Origin: Auanema rhodensis
Taxonomy: Eukaryota > Animalia > Nematoda
Length of the DNA: 64,000 nt
Direction: 5' to 3'
Assembly (NCBI GenBank): GCA_964057225.1
Contig: OZ059900.1
Coordinates: forward strand, 62,001 to 126,000
Part shown: piece after piece, positions 28,601-44,100 of the stretch
Position numbering within the stretch: position 1 is the stretch's first letter
How the letters are laid out: each line of letters starts with the position of its first letter
Notes under the pieces: generated by a model
The model's input: only the letters and a program-made list of their open reading frames with translations
Database searches by the model: none
What the model was told of the DNA's origin: nothing
Program-made: the position numbers and the translations under genes

Positions 28601-31600
28601 AAAGTCATCAATTAAACGCTAGTGATGTTTAAATACTGAATTTCGCTCAAATAGCATTACTACACTAAGTATGGTCGTTTTTATGCCTTTAACACCATAT
28701 ACTCACCGATTTTTGGTACAAAATCTGTAATACTTGTAAATTTTGATCATATTCGTTAAGATTCGAGAATCAAACACATAATACACGAAATAAGTCTATT
28801 TTTATGAGTTTGCACTGATATTTATTCATTTTGATCAAAAAAGGTCGAAAATAGAAAGAATTTTTGAAATTTCCGAGTTTTGAGTCTAATTTGGCTAAAT
28901 CGCTCATATATATGATCAGAAGCATAGTTTTATTGTCTATGACAACAAAAATCATCAATTAAACGCTAGTGATGTTTAAATACTGATTTTCGCTCAAATA
29001 GCATTACTACACTAAGTATGGTCGTTTTTATGCCTTTAACACCATATACTCACCGATTTTTGGTACAAAATCTGTAATACTTGTAAATTTTGATCATATT
29101 CGTTAAGATTTGAGAATCAAACATACAATACACAAAATCAGTCTATTTTTATGAGCTTGCACTGATATATATTCATTTTGATCAAAAAAGGTTGAAAATA
29201 GAAAGAATTTTTGAAATTTACGAGTTTTGAGTCTAATTTGGCTAAATCGCTCATATATATGATCAGAAGCATAGTTTTATTGTCTATGACAACAAAAGTC
29301 ATTAATTAAACACTAATAATGTTTAAATCACTAAATTTCGCTCAAATAGCATTACTACACTAAGTATGGTCGTTTTTATGCCTTTAACACCATATACTCA
29401 CCGATTTTTGGTACAAAATCTGTAATACTTGTAAATTTTGATCATATTCGTTAAGATTCGAGAATCAAACACATAATACACGAAATAAGTCTATTTTTAT
29501 GAGTTTGCACTGATATTTATTCATTTTGATCAAAAAAGGTCGAAAATAGAAAGAATTTTTGAAATTTCCGAGTTTTGAGTCTAATTTGGCTAAATCGCTC
29601 ATATATATGATCAGAAGCATAGTTTTATTGTCTATGACAACAAAAATCATCAATTAAACGCTAGTGATGTTTAAATACTGATTTTCGCTCAAATAGCATT
29701 ACTACACTAAGTATGGTCGTTTTTATGCCTTTAACACCATATACTCACCGATTTTTGGTACAAAATCTGTAATACTTGTAAATTTTGATCATATTCGTTA
29801 AGATTTGAGAATCAAACATACAATACACAAAATCAGTCTATTTTTATGAGCTTGCACTGATATATATTCATTTTGATCAAAAAAGGTCGAAAATAGAAAG
29901 AATTTTTGAAATTTCCGAGTTTTGAGTCTAATTTGGCTAAATCGCTCATATATATGATCAGAAGCATAGTTTTATTGTCTATGACAACAAAAATCATCAA
30001 TTAAACGCTAGTGATGTTTAAATACTGAATTTCGCTCAAATAGCATTACTACACTAAGGATGGTCGTTTTTATGCCTTTAACACCATATACTCACCGATT
30101 TTTGGTACAAAATCTGTGATACTCGTAAATTTTGATCATATTCGTTAAGATTTGAGAATCAAACATACAATACACAAAATCAGTCTATTTTTATGAGCTT
30201 GCACTGATATATATTCATTTTGATCAAAAAAGGTCGAAAATAGAAAGAATTTTTGAAATTTACGAGTTTTGAGTCTAATTTGGCTAAATCGCTCATATAT
30301 ATGATCAGAAGCATAGTTTTATTGTCTATGACAACAAAAGTCATTAATTAAACACTAATAATGTTTAAATCACTAAATTTCGCTCAAATAGCATTACTAC
30401 ACTAAGTATGGTCGTTTTTATGCCTTTAACACCATATACTCACCGATTTTTGGTACAAAATCTGTAATACTTGTAAATTTTGATCATATTCGTTAAGATT
30501 CGAGAATCAAACACATAATACACGAAATAAGTCTATTTTTATGAGTTTGCACTGATATTTATTCATTTTGATCAAAAAAGGTCGAAAATAGAAAGAATTT
30601 TTGAAATTTCCGAGTTTTGAGTCTAATTTGGCTAAATCGCTCATATATATGATCAGAAGCATAGTTTTATTGTCTATGACAACAAAAATCATCAATTAAA
30701 CGCTAGTGATGTTTAAATACTGATTTTCGCTCAAATAGCATTACTACACTAAGTATGGTCGTTTTTATGCCTTTAACACCATATACTCACCGATTTTTGG
30801 TACAAAATCTGTAATACTTGTAAATTTTGATCATATTCGTTAAGATTTGAGAATCAAACATACAATACACAAAATCAGTCTATTTTTATGAGCTTGCACT
30901 GATATATATTCATTTTGATCAAAAAAGGTCGAAAATAGAAAGAATTTTTGAAATTTCCGAGTTTTGAGTCTAATTTGGCTAAATCGCTCATATATATGAT
31001 CAGAAGCATAGTTTTATTGTCTATGACAACAAAAATCATCAATTAAACGCTAGTGATGTTTAAATACTGAATTTCGCTCAAATAGCATTACTACACTAAG
31101 GATGGTCGTTTTTATGCCTTTAACACCATATACTCACCGATTTTTGGTACAAAATCTGTGATACTCGTAAATTTTGATCATATTCGTTAAGATTTGAGAA
31201 TCAAACATACAATACACAAAATCAGTCTATTTTTATGAGCTTGCACTGATATATATTCATTTTGATCAAAAAAGGTCGAAAATAGAAAGAATTTTTGAAA
31301 TTTACGAGTTTTGAGTCTAATTTGGCTAAATCGCTCATATATATGATCAGAAGCATAGTTTTATTGTCTATAACAACAAAAGTCATTAATTAAACACTAA
31401 TAATGTTTAAATCACTAAATTTCGCTCAAATAGCATTACTACACTAAGTATGGTCGTTTTTATGCCTTTAACACCATATACTCACCGATTTTTGGTACAA
31501 AATCTGTAATACTTGTAAATTTTGATCATATTCGTTAAGAATTGAGAATCAAACATACAATACACAAAATCAGTCTATTTTTATGAGCTTGCACTGATAT

Positions 31601-32100
31601 ATATTCATTTTGATCAAAAAAGGTCGAAAATAGAAAGAATTTTTGAAATTTCCGAGTTTTGAGTCTAATTTGGCTAAATCGCTCATATATATGATCAGAA
31701 GCATAGTTTAATTGTCTATGACAACAAAAATCATCAATTAAACGCTAGTGATGTTTAAATACTGATTTTCGCTCAAATAGCATTACTACACTAAGTATGG
31801 TCGTTTTTATGCCTTTAACACCATATACTCACCGATTTTTGGTACAAAATCTGTAATACTTGTAAATTTTGATCATATTCGTTAAGATTCGAGAATCAAA
31901 CACATAATACACAAAATAAGTCTATTTTTACAAGTTTGCACTGATATTTATTCATTTTGATCAAAAAAGATCGAAAATAGAAAGAATTTTTGAAATTTCC
32001 GAGTTTTGAGTCCAATTTGGCTAAATCGCTCATATATATGATCAAAAGCATAGTTTTATTGTCTATAACAACAAAAGTCATCAATTAAACGCTAGTGATG
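16601..32100. repeat. Satellite domain 2: subfamily with 695-, 1042- and 2085-bp higher-order periods
   Basis: Diagnostic ACTAATAATG and AAAAATCATC variants. Rare variants are 2085 bp apart (GGTAAAAAATC 18987/21072; GATCATATAT 19521/21606). Trimer spacing at 25645/26687/27729. Confidence 0.8.
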
Positions 32101-35100
32101 TTTAAATACTGAATTTCGCTCAAATAGCATTACTACACTAAGTATGGTCGTTTTTATGCCTTTAACACCATATACTCACCGATTTTTGGTACAAAATCTG
32201 TAATACTCGTAAATTTTGATCATATTCGTTAAGATTTGAGAATCAAACACACAATACACGAAATCAGTCTATTTTTATGAGCTTGCACTGATATATATTC
32301 ATTTTGATCAAAAAAGGTCGAAAATAGAAAGAATTTTTGAATTTTCCGAGTTTTGAGTCCAATTGGGCTAAATCGCTCATATATATGATCAAAAGCATAG
32401 TTTTATTGTCTATGACAACAAAAGTCATTAATTAAACACTAATGATGTTTAAATCACTAAATTTCGCTCAAATAGCATTACTACACTAAGTATGGTCGTT
32501 TTTATGCCTTTAACACCATATACTCACCGATTTTTGGTACAAAATCTGTAATACTCGTAAATTTTGATCATATTCGTTAAGATTTGAGAATCAAACACAC
32601 AATACACAAAATCAGTCTATTTTTATGAGCTTGCACTGATATAGATTCATTTTGATCAAAAAAGGTCGAAAATAGAAAGAATTTTTGAAATTTCCGAGTT
32701 TTGAGTCCAATTTGGCTGAATCGCTCATATATATGATCAAAAGCATAGTTTTATTGTCTATAACAACAAAAGTCATCAATTAAACGCTAGTGATGTTTTA
32801 ATACTGAATTTCGCTCAAATAGCATTACTACACTAAGTATGGTCGTTTTTATGCCTTTAACACCATATACTCACCGATTTTTGGTACAAAATCTGTAATA
32901 CTCGTAAATTTTGATCATATTCGTTAAGATTTGAAAATCAAACACACAATAAACAAAATCAGTTTATTTTTATGAGTTTGCACTGATATATATTCATTTT
33001 GATCAAAAAAGGTCGAAAATAGAAAGAATTTTTGAATTTTCCGAGTTTTGAGTCCAATTGGGCTAAATCGCTCATATATATGATCAAAAGCATAGTTTTA
33101 TTGTCTATGACAACAAAAGTCATTAATTAAACACTAATGATGTTTAAATCACTAAATTTCGCTCAAATAGCATTACTACACTAAGTATGGTCGTTTTTAT
33201 GCCTTTAACACCATATACTCACCGATTTTTGGTACAAAATCTGTAATACTCGTAAATTTTGATCATATTCGTTAAGATTTGAGAATCAAACACACAATAC
33301 ACAAAATCAGTCTATTTTTATGAGCTTGCACTGATATATATTCATTTTGATCAAAAAAGGTCGAAAATAGAAAGAATTTTTGAAAATTCCGAGTTTTGAG
33401 TCTAATTTGGCTAAATCGCTCATATATATGATCAAAAGCATAGTTTTATTGTCTATAACAACAAAAGTCATCAATTAAACGCTAGTGATGTTTTAATACT
33501 GAATTTCGCTCAAATAGCATTACTACACTAAGTATGGTCGTTTTTATGCCTTTAACACCATATACTCACCGATTTTTGGTACAAAATCTGTAATACTTGT
33601 AAATTTTGATCATATTTGTTAAGATTTGAGAATCAAACACACAATACACAAAATCAGTCTATTTTTATGAGTTTGCACTGATATATATTCATTTTGATCA
33701 AAAAAGGTCGAAAATAGAAAGAATTTTGGAAATGTCCGAGTTTTGAGTCCAATTTGGCTAAATCGCTCATATATATGATCAGAAGCATAGTTTTGTTGTC
33801 TATGACAACAAAAGTCATCAATTAAACGCTAGTGATGTTTAAATACTGATTTTCGCTCAAATAGCATTACTACACTAAGTATGGTCGTTTTTATGCCTTT
33901 AACACCATATACTCACCGATTTTTGGTACAAAATCTGTAATACTCGTAAATTTTGATCATATTTGTTAAGATTTGAGAATCAAACACACAATACACAAAA
34001 TCAGTCTATTTTTATGAGCTTGCACTGATATATATTCATTTTGATCAAAAAAGGTCGAAAATAGAAAGAATTTTTGAAATTTCCGAGTTTTGAGTCCAAT
34101 TTGGCTAAATCGCTCATATATATGATCAAAAGCATAGTTTTATTGTCTATAACAACAAAAGTCATCAATTAAACGCTAGTGATGTTTAAATACTGAATTT
34201 CGCTCAAATAGCATTACTACACTAAGTATGGTCGTTTTTATGCCTTTAACACCATATACTCACCGATTTTTGGTACAAAATCTGTAATACTCGTAAATTT
34301 TGATCATATTCGTTAAGATTTGAAAATCAAACACACAATAAACAAAATCAGTTTATTTTTATGAGTTTGCACTGATATATATTCATTTTGATCAAAAAAG
34401 GTCGAAAATAGAAAGAATTTTTGAATTTTCCGAGTTTTGAGTCCAATTGGGCTAAATCGCTAATATATATGATCAAAAGCATAGTTTTATTGTCTATGAC
34501 AACAAAAGTCATTATTTAAACACTAATGATGTTTAAATCACTAAATTTCGCTCAAATAGCATTACTACACTAAGTATGGTCGTTTTTATGCCTTTAACAC
34601 CATATACTCACCGATTTTTGGTACAAAATCTGTAATACTCGTAAATTTTGATCATATTCGTTAAGATTTGAGAATCAAACACACAATACACAAAATCAGT
34701 CTATTTTTATGAGCTTGCACTGATATATATTCATTTTGATCAAAAAAGGTCGAAAATAGAAAGAATTTTTGAAATTTCCGAGTTTTGAGTCTAATTTGGC
34801 TAAATCGCTCATATATATGATCAAAAGCATAGTTTTATTGTCTATAACAACAAAAGTCATCAATTAAACGCTAGTGATGTTTTAATACTGAATTTCGCTC
34901 AAATAGCATTACTACACTAAGTATGGTCGTTTTTATGCCTTTAACACCATATACTCACCGATTTTTGGTACAAAATCTGTAATACTTGTAAATTTTGATC
35001 ATATTTGTTAAGATTTGAGAATCAAACACACAATACACAAAATCAGTCTATTTTTATAAGCTTGCACTGATATATATTCATTTTGATCAAAAAAGGTCGA

Positions 35101-38100
35101 AAATAGAAAGAATTTTGGAAATGTCCGAGTTTTGAGTCTAATTTGGCTAAATCGCTCATATATATGATCAGAAGCATAGTTTTATTGTCTATGACAACAA
35201 AAATCATCAATTAAACGCTAGTGATGTTTAAATACTGAATTTCGCTCAAATAGCATTACTACACTAAGTATGGTCGTTTTTATGCCTTTAACACCATATA
35301 CTCACCGATTTTTGGTACAAAATCTGTAATACTTGTAAATTTTGATCATATTTGTTAAGATTTGAGAATCAAACACACAATACACAAAATCAGTCTATTT
35401 TTATGAGTTTGCACTGATATATATTCATTTTGATCAAAAAAGGTCGAAAATAGAAAGAATTTTGGAAATGTCCGAGTTTTGAGTCTAATTTGGCTAAATC
35501 GCTCATATATATGATCAGAAGCATAGTTTTATTGTCTATGACAACAAAAATCATCAATTAAACGCTAGTGATGTTTAAATACTGAATTTCGCTCAAATAG
35601 CATTACTACACTAAGTATGGTCGTTTTTATGCCTTTAACACCATATACTCACCGATTTTTGGTACAAAATCTGTAATACTTGTAAATTTTGATCATATTT
35701 GTTAAGATTTGAGAATCAAACATACAATACACAAAATCAGTCTATTTTTATGAGTTTGCACTGATATATATTCATTTTGATCAAAAAAGGTCGAAAATAG
35801 AAAGAATTTTGGAAATGTCCGAGTTTTGAGTCCAATTTGGCTAAATCGCTCATATATATGATCAAAAGCATAGTTTTATTGTCTATAACAACAAAAGTCA
35901 TCAATTAAACGCTAGTGATGTTTAAATACTGAATTTCGCTCAAATAGCATTACTACACTAAGTATGGTCGTTTTTATGCCTTTAACACCATATACTCACC
36001 GATTTTTGGTACAAAATCTGTAATACTCGTAAATTTTGATCATATTCGTTAAGATTTGAGAATCAAACATACAATACACAAAATCAGTCTATTTTCATGA
36101 GCTTGCACTGATATATATTCATTTTGATCAAAAAAGGTCGAAAATAGAAAGAATTTTTGAAATTTACGAGTTTTGAGTCTAATTTGGCTAAATCGCTCAT
36201 ATATATGATCAGAAGCATAGTTTTATTGTCTATGACAACAAAAGTCATTAGTTAAACACTAATGATGTTTAAATCACTAAATTTCGCTCAAATAGCATTA
36301 CTACACTAAGTATGGTCGTTTTTATGCCTTTAACACCATATACTCACCGATTTTTGGTACAAAATCTGTAATACTTGTAAATTTTGATCATATTTGTTAA
36401 GATTGGAGAATCAAACACACAATACACAAAATCAGTCTATTTTTATGAGTTTGCACTGATATATATTCATTTTGATCAAAAAAGGTCGAAAATAGAAAGA
36501 ATTTTGGAAATGTCCGAGTTTTGAGTCCAATTTGGCTAAATCGCTCATATATATGATCAAAAGCATAGTTTTATTGTCTATAACAACAAAAGTCATCAAT
36601 TAAACGCTAGTGATGTTTAAATACTGAATTTCGCTCAAATAGCATAACTACACTAAGTATGGTCGTTTTTATGCCTTTAACACCATATACTCACCGATTT
36701 TTGGTACAAAATCTGTAATACTCGTAAATTTTGATCATATTCGTTAAGATTTGAGAATCAAACATACAATACACGAAATCAGTCTATTTTTATGAGCTTG
36801 CACTGATATATATTCATTTTGATCAAAAAAGATCGAAAATAGAAAGAATTTTTGAAATTTCCGAGTTTTGAGTCTAATTTGGCTAAATCGCTCATATATA
36901 TGATCAGAAGCATAGTTTTGTTGTCTATGACAACAAAAGTCATCAATTAAACGCTAGTGATGTTTAAATACTGATTTTCGCTCAAATAGCATTACTACAC
37001 TAAGTATGGTCGTTTTTATGCCTTTAACACCATATACTCACCGATTTTTGGTACAAAATCTGTAATACTCGTAAATTTTGATCATATTCGTTAAGATTTG
37101 AGAATCAAACACACAATACACAAAATCAGTCTATTTTGATGAGCTTGCACTGATATATATTCATTTTGATCAAAAAAGGTCGAAAATAGAAAGAATTTTT
37201 GAAATTTCCGAGTTTTGAGTCCAATTTGGCTAAATCGCTCATATATATGATCAAAAGCATAGTTTTATTGTCTATAACAACAAAAGTCATCAATTAAACG
37301 CTAGTGATGTTTAAATACTGAATTTCGCTCAAATAGCATTACTACACTAAGTATGGTCGTTTTTATGCCTTTAACACCATATACTCACCGATTTTTGGTA
37401 CAAATTCTGTAATACTCGTAAATTTTGATCATATTCGTTAAGATTCGAGAATCAAACATACAATACACGAAATCAGTCTATTTTTATGAGCTTGCACTGA
37501 TATATATTCATTTTGATCAAAAAAGGTCGAAAATAGAAAGAATTTTTGAAATTTCCGAGTTTTGAGTCCAATTTGGCTAAATCGCTCATATATATGATCA
37601 AAAGCATAGTTTTATTGTCTATAACAACAAAAGTCATCAATTAAACGCTAGTGATGTTTAAATACTGAATTTCGCTCAAATAGCATTACTACACTAAGTA
37701 TGGTCGTTTTTATGCCTTTAACACCATATACTCACCGATTTTTGGTACAAAATCTGTAATACTCGTAAATTTTGATCATATTCGTTAAGATTTGAGAATC
37801 AAACACACAATACACAAAATCAGTCTATTTTGATGAGCTTGCACTGATATATATTCATTTTGATCAAAAAAGGTCGAAAATAGAAAGAATTTTTGAATTT
37901 TCCGAGTTTTGAGTCCAATTGGGCTAAATCGCTCATATATATGATCAAAAGCATAGTTTTATTGTCTATGACAACAAAAGTCATTAATTAAACACTAATG
38001 ATGTTTAAATCACTAAATTTCGCTCAAATAGCATTACTACACTAAGTATGGTCGTTTTTATGCCTTTAACACCATATACTCACCGATTTTTGGTACAAAA

Positions 38101-41100
38101 TCTGTAATACTCGTAAATTTTGATCATATTCGTTAAGATTTGAGAATCAAACATACAATACACGAAATCAGTCTATTTTTATGAGCTTGCACTGATATAT
38201 ATTCATTTTGATCAAAAAAGATCGAAAATAGAAAGAATTTTTGAAATTTCCGAGTTTTGAGTCTAATTTGGCTAAATCGCTCATATATATGATCAGAAGC
38301 ATAGTTTTGTTGTCTATGACAACAAAAGTCATCAATTAAACGCTAGTGATGTTTAAATACTGATTTTCGCTCAAATAGCATTACTACACTAAGTATGGTC
38401 GTTTTTATGCCTTTAACACCATATACTCACCGATTTTTGGTACAAAATCTGTAATACTCGTAAATTTTGATCATATTCGTTAAGATTTGAGAATCAAACA
38501 CACAATACACAAAATCAGTCTATTTTGATGAGCTTGCACTGATATATATTCATTTTGATCAAAAAAGGTCGAAAATAGAAAGAATTTTTGAAATTTCCGA
38601 GTTTTGAGTCCAATTTGGCTAAATCGCTCATATATATGATCAAAAGCATAGTTTTATTGTCTATAACAACAAAAGTCATCAATTAAACGCTAGTGATGTT
38701 TAAATACTGAATTTCGCTCAAATAGCATTACTACACTAAGTATGGTCGTTTTTATGCCTTTAACACCATATACTCACCGATTTTTGGTACAAATTCTGTA
38801 ATACTCGTAAATTTTGATCATATTCGTTAAGATTCGAGAATCAAACATACAATACACGAAATCAGTCTATTTTTATGAGCTTGCACTGATATATATTCAT
38901 TTTGATCAAAAAAGGTCGAAAATAGAAAGAATTTTTGAAATTTCCGAGTTTTGAGTCCAATTTGGCTAAATCGCTCATATATATGATCAAAAGCATAGTT
39001 TTATTGTCTATAACAACAAAAGTCATCAATTAAACGCTAGTGATGTTTAAATACTGAATTTCGCTCAAATAGCATTACTACACTAAGTATGGTCGTTTTT
39101 ATGCCTTTAACACCATATACTCACCGATTTTTGGTACAAAATCTGTAATACTCGTAAATTTTGATCATATTCGTTAAGATTTGAGAATCAAACACACAAT
39201 ACACAAAATCAGTCTATTTTGATGAGCTTGCACTGATATATATTCATTTTGATCAAAAAAGGTCGAAAATAGAAAGAATTTTTGAATTTTCCGAGTTTTG
39301 AGTCCAATTGGGCTAAATCGCTCATATATATGATCAAAAGCATAGTTTTATTGTCTATGACAACAAAAGTCATTAATTAAACACTAATGATGTTTAAATC
39401 ACTAAATTTCGCTCAAATAGCATTACTACACTAAGTATGGTCGTTTTTATGCCTTTAACACCATATACTCACCGATTTTTGGTACAAAATCTGTAATACT
39501 CGTAAATTTTGATCATATTCGTTAAGATTTGAGAATCAAACACACAATACACAAAATCAGTCTATTTTTATGAGCTTGCACTGATATATATTCATTTTGA
39601 TCAAAAAAGGTCGAAAATAGAAAGAATTTTTGAAAATTCCGAGTTTTGAGTCTAATTTGGCTAAATCGCTCATATATATGATCAAAAGCATAGTTTTATT
39701 GTCTATAACAACAAAAGTCATCAATTAAACGCTAGTGATGTTTTAATACTGAATTTCGCTCAAATAGCATTACTACACTAAGTATGGTCGTTTTTATGCC
39801 TTTAACACCATATACTCACCGATTTTTGGTACAAAATCTGTAATACTTGTAAATTTTGATCATATTTGTTAAGATTTGAGAATCAAACACACAATACACA
39901 AAATCAGTCTATTTTTATGAGTTTGCACTGATATATATTCATTTTGATCAAAAAAGGTCGAAAATAGAAAGAATTTTGGAAATGTCCGAGTTTTGAGTCC
40001 AATTTGGCTAAATCGCTCATATATATGATCAGAAGCATAGTTTTGTTGTCTATGACAACAAAAGTCATCAATTAAACGCTAGTGATGTTTAAATACTGAT
40101 TTTCGCTCAAATAGCATTACTACACTAAGTATGGTCGTTTTTATGCCTTTAACACCATATACTCACCGATTTTTGGTACAAAATCTGTAATACTCGTAAA
40201 TTTTGATCATATTTGTTAAGATTTGAGAATCAAACACACAATACACAAAATCAGTCTATTTTTATGAGCTTGCACTGATATATATTCATTTTGATCAAAA
40301 AAGGTCGAAAATAGAAAGAATTTTTGAAATTTCCGAGTTTTGAGTCCAATTTGGCTAAATCGCTCATATATATGATCAAAAGCATAGTTTTATTGTCTAT
40401 AACAACAAAAGTCATCAATTAAACGCTAGTGATGTTTAAATACTGAATTTCGCTCAAATAGCATTACTACACTAAGTATGGTCGTTTTTATGCCTTTAAC
40501 ACCATATACTCACCGATTTTTGGTACAAAATCTGTAATACTCGTAAATTTTGATCATATTCGTTAAGATTTGAGAATCAAACATACAATACACGAAATCA
40601 GTCTATTTTTATGAGCTTGCACTGATATATATTCATTTTGATCAAAAAAGATCGAAAATAGAAAGAATTTTTGAAATTTCCGAGTTTTGAGTCTAATTTG
40701 GCTAAATCGCTCATATATATGATCAGAAGCATAGTTTTGTTGTCTATGACAACAAAAGTCATCAATTAAACGCTAGTGATGTTTAAATACTGATTTTCGC
40801 TCAAATAGCATTACTACACTAAGTATGGTCGTTTTTATGCCTTTAACACCATATACTCACCGATTTTTGGTACAAAATCTGTAATACTCGTAAATTTTGA
40901 TCATATTCGTTAAGATTTGAGAATCAAACACACAATACACAAAATCAGTCTATTTTGATGAGCTTGCACTGATATATATTCATTTTGATCAAAAAAGGTC
41001 GAAAATAGAAAGAATTTTTGAAATTTCCGAGTTTTGAGTCCAATTTGGCTAAATCGCTCATATATATGATCAAAAGCATAGTTTTATTGTCTATAACAAC

Positions 41101-44100
41101 AAAAGTCATCAATTAAACGCTAGTGATGTTTAAATACTGAATTTCGCTCAAATAGCATTACTACACTAAGTATGGTCGTTTTTATGCCTTTAACACCATA
41201 TACTCACCGATTTTTGGTACAAATTCTGTAATACTCGTAAATTTTGATCATATTCGTTAAGATTCGAGAATCAAACATACAATACACGAAATCAGTCTAT
41301 TTTTATGAGCTTGCACTGATATATATTCATTTTGATCAAAAAAGGTCGAAAATAGAAAGAATTTTTGAAATTTCCGAGTTTTGAGTCCAATTTGGCTAAA
41401 TCGCTCATATATATGATCAAAAGCATAGTTTTATTGTCTATAACAACAAAAGTCATCAATTAAACGCTAGTGATGTTTAAATACTGAATTTCGCTCAAAT
41501 AGCATTACTACACTAAGTATGGTCGTTTTTATGCCTTTAACACCATATACTCACCGATTTTTGGTACAAAATCTGTAATACTCGTAAATTTTGATCATAT
41601 TCGTTAAGATTTGAGAATCAAACACACAATACACAAAATCAGTCTATTTTGATGAGCTTGCACTGATATATATTCATTTTGATCAAAAAAGGTCGAAAAT
41701 AGAAAGAATTTTTGAATTTTCCGAGTTTTGAGTCCAATTGGGCTAAATCGCTCATATATATGATCAAAAGCATAGTTTTATTGTCTATGACAACAAAAGT
41801 CATTAATTAAACACTAATGATGTTTAAATCACTAAATTTCGCTCAAATAGCATTACTACACTAAGTATGGTCGTTTTTATGCCTTTAACACCATATACTC
41901 ACCGATTTTTGGTACAAAATCTGTAATACTCGTAAATTTTGATCATATTCGTTAAGATTTGAGAATCAAACACACAATACACAAAATCAGTCTATTTTTA
42001 TGAGCTTGCACTGATATATATTCATTTTGATCAAAAAAGGTCGAAAATAGAAAGAATTTTTGAAAATTCCGAGTTTTGAGTCTAATTTGGCTAAATCGCT
42101 CATATATATGATCAAAAGCATAGTTTTATTGTCTATAACAACAAAAGTCATCAATTAAACGCTAGTGATGTTTTAATACTGAATTTCGCTCAAATAGCAT
42201 TACTACACTAAGTATGGTCGTTTTTATGCCTTTAACACCATATACTCACCGATTTTTGGTACAAAATCTGTAATACTTGTAAATTTTGATCATATTTGTT
42301 AAGATTTGAGAATCAAACACACAATACACAAAATCAGTCTATTTTTATGAGTTTGCACTGATATATATTCATTTTGATCAAAAAAGGTCGAAAATAGAAA
42401 GAATTTTGGAAATGTCCGAGTTTTGAGTCCAATTTGGCTAAATCGCTCATATATATGATCAGAAGCATAGTTTTGTTGTCTATGACAACAAAAGTCATCA
42501 ATTAAACGCTAGTGATGTTTAAATACTGATTTTCGCTCAAATAGCATTACTACACTAAGTATGGTCGTTTTTATGCCTTTAACACCATATACTCACCGAT
42601 TTTTGGTACAAAATCTGTAATACTCGTAAATTTTGATCATATTTGTTAAGATTTGAGAATCAAACACACAATACACAAAATCAGTCTATTTTTATGAGCT
42701 TGCACTGATATATATTCATTTTGATCAAAAAAGGTCGAAAATAGAAAGAATTTTTGAAATTTCCGAGTTTTGAGTCCAATTTGGCTAAATCGCTCATATA
42801 TATGATCAAAAGCATAGTTTTATTGTCTATAACAACAAAAGTCATCAATTAAACGCTAGTGATGTTTAAATACTGAATTTCGCTCAAATAGCATTACTAC
42901 ACTAAGTATGGTCGTTTTTATGCCTTTAACACCATATACTCACCGATTTTTGGTACAAAATCTGTAATACTCGTAAATTTTGATCATATTCGTTAAGATT
43001 TGAGAATCAAACACACAATACACGAAATCAGTCTATTTTTATGAGCTTGCACTGATATATATTCATTTTGATCAAAAAAGGTCGAAAATAGAAAGAATTT
43101 TTGAATTTTCCGAGTTTTGAGTCCAATTGGGCTAAATCGCTCATATATATGATCAAAAGCATAGTTTTATTGTCTATGACAACAAAAGTCATTAATTAAA
43201 CACTAATGATGTTTAAATCACTAAATTTCGCTCAAATAGCATTACTACACTAAGTATGGTCGTTTTTATGCCTTTAACACCATATACTCACCGATTTTTG
43301 GTACAAAATCTGTAATACTCGTAAATTTTGATCATATTCGTTAAGATTTGAGAATCAAACACACAATACACAAAATCAGTCTATTTTTATGAGCTTGCAC
43401 TGATATAGATTCATTTTGATCAAAAAAGGTCGAAAATAGAAAGAATTTTTGAAATTTCCGAGTTTTGAGTCCAATTTGGCTGAATCGCTCATATATATGA
43501 TCAAAAGCATAGTTTTATTGTCTATAACAACAAAAGTCATCAATTAAACGCTAGTGATGTTTTAATACTGAATTTCGCTCAAATAGCATAACTACACTAA
43601 GTATGGTCGTTTTTATGCCTTTAACACCATATACTCACCGATTTTTGGTACAAAATCTGTAATACTCGTAAATTTTGATCATATTCGTTAAGATTTGAAA
43701 ATCAAACACACAATAAACAAAATCAGTTTATTTTTATGAGTTTGCACTGATATATATTCATTTTGATCAAAAAAGGTCGAAAATAGAAAGAATTTTTGAA
43801 TTTTCCGAGTTTTGAGTCCAATTGGGCTAAATCGCTCATATATATGATCAAAAGCATAGTTTTATTGTCTATGACAACAAAAGTCATTAATTAAACACTA
43901 ATGATGTTTAAATCACTAAATTTCGCTCAAATAGCATTACTACACTAAGTATGGTCTTTTTTATGCCTTTAACACCATATACTCACCGATTTTTGGTACA
44001 AAATCTGTAATACTCGTAAATTTTGATCATATTCGTTAAAATTTGAGAATCAAACACACAATACACAAAATCAGTCTATTTTTATGAGCTTGCACTGATA

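Noticed and set aside
13139-32084. Repeated 61-62 aa minus-strand ORF as a tandem gene family
   Set aside because: It is a chance frame in the satellite monomer. A single variant (AAATCAG, giving TGA on the minus strand) closes it in most monomers, including all those after 32.1 kb.
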